DNA of 38,804 nucleotides, from the NCBI GenBank assembly GCA_046570105.1, contig JBKHVI010000024.1, forward strand, positions 1 through 38,804, given 5' to 3'. Under the pieces are notes generated by a model. That model worked only from the letters and a program-made list of their open reading frames with translations, was not told the origin of the DNA and did not search any database. The stretch is from Bacteriovoracia bacterium. GTDB lineage: Bacteria > Bdellovibrionota > Bacteriovoracia > Bacteriovoracales > Bacteriovoracaceae. The position numbers and the translations under genes were made by a program. Shown here piece after piece: positions 35,397-38,804 of the stretch (within the stretch, counting starts at the first letter, position 1; the number at the start of each line of letters is the position of its first letter).

Positions 35397-35410
35397 CTGA
35401 CAATTGTCAG
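35397..35410. promoter_or_regulatory. Perfect 14-bp palindrome in a divergent promoter region (candidate operator)
   Basis: CTGACAATTGTCAG. Confidence 0.45.
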
Positions 35411-35428
35411 ATCAGTTAAGTTATCAAC

Positions 35429-35743
35429 ATGTATCAACTGATTTTTTATGTCCCGGTAGAGCATTGTGAGTCTGTAAAAGCCGCTGTTTTCGCTGCTGGT
35501 GCTGGCAGAATTGGAACTTATGATTCATGTTCGTGGCAAGTTTTAGGTAGCGGTCAGTTCCGTCCATTGAAAGGCAGCAAGCCTTTTATCGGCCACGAAA
35601 GCCAGATTGAAATGGTCGGAGAATTTAAAGTAGAAATGCTTTGCTCCGAAGAGAGTCTGCCCGCGGCCCTAAAAGCTCTTAAAGATTCGCACCCTTATGA
35701 AACGCCTGCGTTCAGTTTCTATCCGGTCAATCAGACCTTATAA
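35429..35743 (+). CDS. YqfO/NIF3-family PII-like domain protein
   Basis: AGAGRIGTYDSCSW, GQFRP..G..P.IG, HPYETPA. Confidence 0.9.
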   Translation: MYQLIFYVPVEHCESVKAAVFAAGAGRIGTYDSCSWQVLGSGQFRPLKGSKPFIGHESQIEMVGEFKVEMLCSEESLPAALKALKDSHPYETPAFSFYPVNQTL

Positions 35744-35759
35744 GACAAACTTGAGTCTT

Positions 35760-35786
35760 TCAGGTTTTCCCTAATCCTTCCGATAA
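35760..35786 (+). promoter_or_regulatory. Candidate sigma28 (FliA) promoter
   Basis: TCAGGTTT-N11-TCCGATAA versus consensus TAAAGTTT-N11-GCCGATAA. Confidence 0.6.
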
Positions 35787-35816
35787 GTTCACATGATTTC
35801 CTCCTGGAGGAGGCCT

Positions 35817-36215
35817 ATGAAATTATGGATTGCGAGTTTAATGTTATCGACTCTCTGTTGGGCAGGACCCACAGTTCCCAGCCGCGAGATCAGCGTGATT
35901 GTGACCAAAGAGGGTTATTACCCCAAGTCACTTACGGTGTTTCAAGGTGAGAAGGTGAAGTTCTATGTGACTTCAACAGTTGAAGAACCAGATTGTTTGT
36001 TGGTGCAGGGACACAAAGTTTTCTTGGCGGCCAACAAAGGCAAAATAGCTGAAGCCGAAGCTGTTTTTGAAACAGCCGGAGAGTTCTCGTTTTATTGTCC
36101 ATCAAGTAAGCATGACGGAAAAATCACGGTGATTAAGAAGAGTGAGCCACGCCCGGTGCGCGGACTTGCTGGTCAGAATGACCCGGCGGTTTGGACGCCG
36201 AAAGAATACGAATAA
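35817..36215 (+). CDS. Secreted cupredoxin-domain protein
   Basis: Signal peptide; GYYPKSLTVFQGEKV...GEFSFYCP...H.GKITV; GGAGG SD. Confidence 0.82.
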   Translation: MKLWIASLMLSTLCWAGPTVPSREISVIVTKEGYYPKSLTVFQGEKVKFYVTSTVEEPDCLLVQGHKVFLAANKGKIAEAEAVFETAGEFSFYCPSSKHDGKITVIKKSEPRPVRGLAGQNDPAVWTPKEYE

Positions 36216-36227
36216 GGGAAAGGTGAC

Positions 36228-37370
36228 ATGTCAGAAGTCTTTCGCGACGCGATTGCAAATCTCCTGGCCCCGATTGGAGATTTGCTGAAAGACCCGAGCG
36301 TCTCAGAAATCATGATCAACGGTCCTTTCGATATCTTTATCGAAAGAAAAGGGCAGTGTATTCGTGTGCCCAATAAGTTTCCTGATGATGAAGCGCTGAT
36401 GGCTTCGATGCGTGCCATTGCTCAATCGGTCGGTCGTATCATTGATGCTGATAATCCGCGTCTCGATGCTCGTCTTCCTGATGGAAGTCGTATCGCGGTG
36501 GTAATTCCACCGATGGCCCGTGCCGGTGTGACGGTTGCGATTCGTAAATTCTCTGAAGAGAAGCTTGGCCTAAAAGATCTGATTAATTTTGGTTCTCTCT
36601 CGCAAGAAGGGGCACGTTTTCTTGATTGCTGTATGTATCTAGGAAAAAACACTCTCGTGAGTGGTGGTACCGGCTCGGGTAAGACCACTATGTTGAACGT
36701 CTTGGGTGGTCGCATGCCTAAGCATCAACGTCTCTTGATTATTGAAGATGCCGCAGAACTACAAATCAAAGCTGATCACGTGGTGCGCTTTGAAACACGA
36801 AAGGCGAATCCTGATCGTGGTATTAAAGAAGTGAATATTCGTGATCTGGTTGAATCAGCTCTACGTTTACGTCCCGATCGAATTATCGTCGGTGAGGTGC
36901 GCGGACCTGAGGCCTTGGATCTCTTGAACGCCATGGGAACTGGTCACGATGGTTCGATGGGAACAGTTCACGCCAACACACCAGATGATGCCTGTACTCG
37001 TCTCGAAACTTTATGTTTGATGGGTGAAAACCGCATTCCGCCTGACGCAATTCGCAAGATGGTCGGAAACGCTCTGCATCTGATTGTTCAGTGTGCGCGT
37101 TATCATGACGGTGGTCGACGCACATCGCATATTTCAGAAATTTTAGGTGTCGATGAGCACGGTCGCTATATCGTGAAAGATATTTTCCGTTGGATCCAAA
37201 CCGGTAAAGACGAAAATGGTAAGCTTATTGGACAGATGGCGCCAACAGGCTATGTACCGACTTTCTTTGAAGAGTTTATCGCTAACAAACTCCCGTTCCC
37301 TAAATCCAGTCTTAAGCCACCAGAGTGGGCGATTCCTTTCTTACAAGCAGCTGTTAAAAAAGCAGCTTGA
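36228..37370 (+). CDS. cpaF: CpaF/TadA pilus assembly ATPase
   Basis: [54 protein letters not shown]. Confidence 0.93.
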   Translation: MSEVFRDAIANLLAPIGDLLKDPSVSEIMINGPFDIFIERKGQCIRVPNKFPDDEALMASMRAIAQSVGRIIDADNPRLDARLPDGSRIAVVIPPMARAGVTVAIRKFSEEKLGLKDLINFGSLSQEGARFLDCCMYLGKNTLVSGGTGSGKTTMLNVLGGRMPKHQRLLIIEDAAELQIKADHVVRFETRKANPDRGIKEVNIRDLVESALRLRPDRIIVGEVRGPEALDLLNAMGTGHDGSMGTVHANTPDDACTRLETLCLMGENRIPPDAIRKMVGNALHLIVQCARYHDGGRRTSHISEILGVDEHGRYIVKDIFRWIQTGKDENGKLIGQMAPTGYVPTFFEEFIANKLPFPKSSLKPPEWAIPFLQAAVKKAA

Positions 37371-37422
37371 GGTCACAAGTTTTGCTGTCTAAAATGGGGG
37401 CTCCCCAATTCTAGGAGCCCTT
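37367..37422 (+). promoter_or_regulatory. Candidate sigma70 promoter for eno overlapping an SD-occluding hairpin
   Basis: TTGAGG-17 nt-TAAAAT (37367-37395); GGGGGCTCC (37396-37404) pairs with GGAGCCCTT (37414-37422). Confidence 0.55.
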
Positions 37423-37423
37423 C

Positions 37424-38710
37424 ATGCCTCAAATCACCAAAATTCATGCGCGCCAAGTTCTCGATTCACGTGGCAATCCCACAGTTGAAGTCGATGTCGT
37501 AACCAATTCAGGAAAAATTGGCCGTGCCTCGGTACCGTCTGGTGCTTCGACAGGATCACGGGAAGCGCTTGAGCTTCGTGATGGCGATAAGTCGCGCTAC
37601 ATGGGTAAAGGTGTTTTGAAAGCGGTTGAAAATATCAATAAAGTCATTGCTCCAGCGTTGATTGGAAAGTCAGTCACAGAACAGCGTGCTCTTGATCACT
37701 TGATGATTTCGCTAGATGGGACTGAGAATAAAGAAAAGCTGGGGGCCAACGCGATTCTTGGTGTTTCCATGGCGATTTGTCGTGCTGCTGCTTTGGAAAA
37801 AAATAAACCTCTCTATCGTTATCTCGCGGAAGACTTGAAGATTCCCAACGCAGCCGGAAAACTCACGCTACCAACTCCTTTGATGAATATTATCAATGGT
37901 GGTCAGCACGCTTCCAACAATCTTGATATTCAAGAATTTATGATTGTCCCTCATATGCAAAAGAGCTTCTCCGAAAATTTCCGCGCCGGCGTGGAAGTCT
38001 TTCATCATCTAAAAAAAGTTCTTCACGATGCGGGCCATTCAACTAACGTTGGCGATGAAGGTGGCTTTGCTCCAAACTTGAAGAGTCACTCGGAAGCCAT
38101 TAGCTGTATTCTTCAAGCAATTAAAAATGCCGGTTATCGCCCGGGCGTTGATATTTCTCTCTCTCTCGATTGTGCCGCTTCAGAATTCTACAATGAGACG
38201 AAAAAAGTCTATGAGATGGGTGGCAAGGATTACACCAACGATCAAATGATCGAGTATTACAAGCAACTCATGCAGGAAGCTCCGATTTATTCGATTGAAG
38301 ATGGCTTTGACGAGAGTGACCGTGATGGCTTCATTAAGTTTCAGGCCCAGCTTGGAAGCCAGCTCATTAACGTAGGGGATGACTTATTTGTCACCAACGC
38401 CAAGATCTTGAAGCGTGGTATTGATAACAAAGAGGCCAATGCTATTTTGGTGAAAGTGAACCAGATTGGCTCACTAACTGAAACATTTGATACGTTGAAG
38501 CTCGCTTATGAAGCAGGCTTTAGAGCAATCATCTCGCATCGCTCGGGTGAAACGGCTGACTCATTTATTGCTGATTTGGCGGTCGCTTCCGGTGCGGGCC
38601 ATATTAAAACCGGTTCAGCTTCGCGTTCGGATAGAATTGAGAAATATAATCAGCTTCTCCGAATTGAAGAAGAATTGGGCCCTGAGGCCATCTTTAGACC
38701 TGTAAAATGA
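37424..38710 (+). CDS. eno: Enolase
   Basis: [58 protein letters not shown]. Confidence 0.99.
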   Translation: MPQITKIHARQVLDSRGNPTVEVDVVTNSGKIGRASVPSGASTGSREALELRDGDKSRYMGKGVLKAVENINKVIAPALIGKSVTEQRALDHLMISLDGTENKEKLGANAILGVSMAICRAAALEKNKPLYRYLAEDLKIPNAAGKLTLPTPLMNIINGGQHASNNLDIQEFMIVPHMQKSFSENFRAGVEVFHHLKKVLHDAGHSTNVGDEGGFAPNLKSHSEAISCILQAIKNAGYRPGVDISLSLDCAASEFYNETKKVYEMGGKDYTNDQMIEYYKQLMQEAPIYSIEDGFDESDRDGFIKFQAQLGSQLINVGDDLFVTNAKILKRGIDNKEANAILVKVNQIGSLTETFDTLKLAYEAGFRAIISHRSGETADSFIADLAVASGAGHIKTGSASRSDRIEKYNQLLRIEEELGPEAIFRPVK

Positions 38711-38804
38711 GTTTCACGTTGTAAGCAGCATCGCTCCGGTGGTGTAAGAAATCTTGTGTAAATTCTGATTTGGCCTAAGCATGGCCCTCTCCATAGAATT
38801 GGTT

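Noticed and set aside
7996..35816. Longest-ORF starts at 7996, 19070, 22543, 23017, 23923, 24753, 32464 and 35793 (also 3659 and 6607)
   Set aside because: Downstream starts fit SDs, stop/start overlaps and signal peptides better.
36228..37370. Conjugative VirB11/TrbB indicating a T4SS
   Set aside because: Motifs fit CpaF/TadA and no other conjugation genes are present.
841..38705. Many short alternative-frame or antisense ORFs in the track (e.g. 1114-1458, 5257-5679, 9761-10231, 14191-14541, 34341-34694)
   Set aside because: They lie within well-supported genes and show no motifs or SD; treated as shadow ORFs.

Overview
Bacterial chromosomal segment. Gene content suggests a predatory Bdellovibrionota (Bacteriovoracaceae-like) genome; this is inference and was not checked against a database. 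Core genes: thrS, rimI-rimP-nusA-infB-rbfA-truB, plsC, mpaA, a PTPS/QueD-family gene, rnhA, fkpA, cpaF/tadA and eno. These are interspersed with many secreted proteins, three zinc metallopeptidases and a split iron/cobalamin ABC transporter. The standout is a ~9 kb accessory block (25254-34300). It holds six translationally coupled genes: a secreted ankyrin-repeat protein, a lipoprotein, two secreted helical proteins (one with a hydrophobic hairpin), a secreted protein with a Gly-rich membrane segment and a C-terminal TNT/Tse6-like (NADase/ART-fold) toxin domain, and a small cytoplasmic candidate immunity protein. It looks like an undescribed Sec-exported, multi-component polymorphic toxin delivery system. 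Other observations: a 148-bp MITE-like or structured-RNA element (17041-17188) in a CTAG site, recurrent hairpins that cover Shine-Dalgarno (SD) sequences, a rimP leader attenuator, a sigma28-like promoter ahead of cupredoxin-cpaF, a degenerate HD-GYP protein and a PTPS-III-type motif. No tRNA, rRNA, CRISPR array, integrase or transposase was seen.
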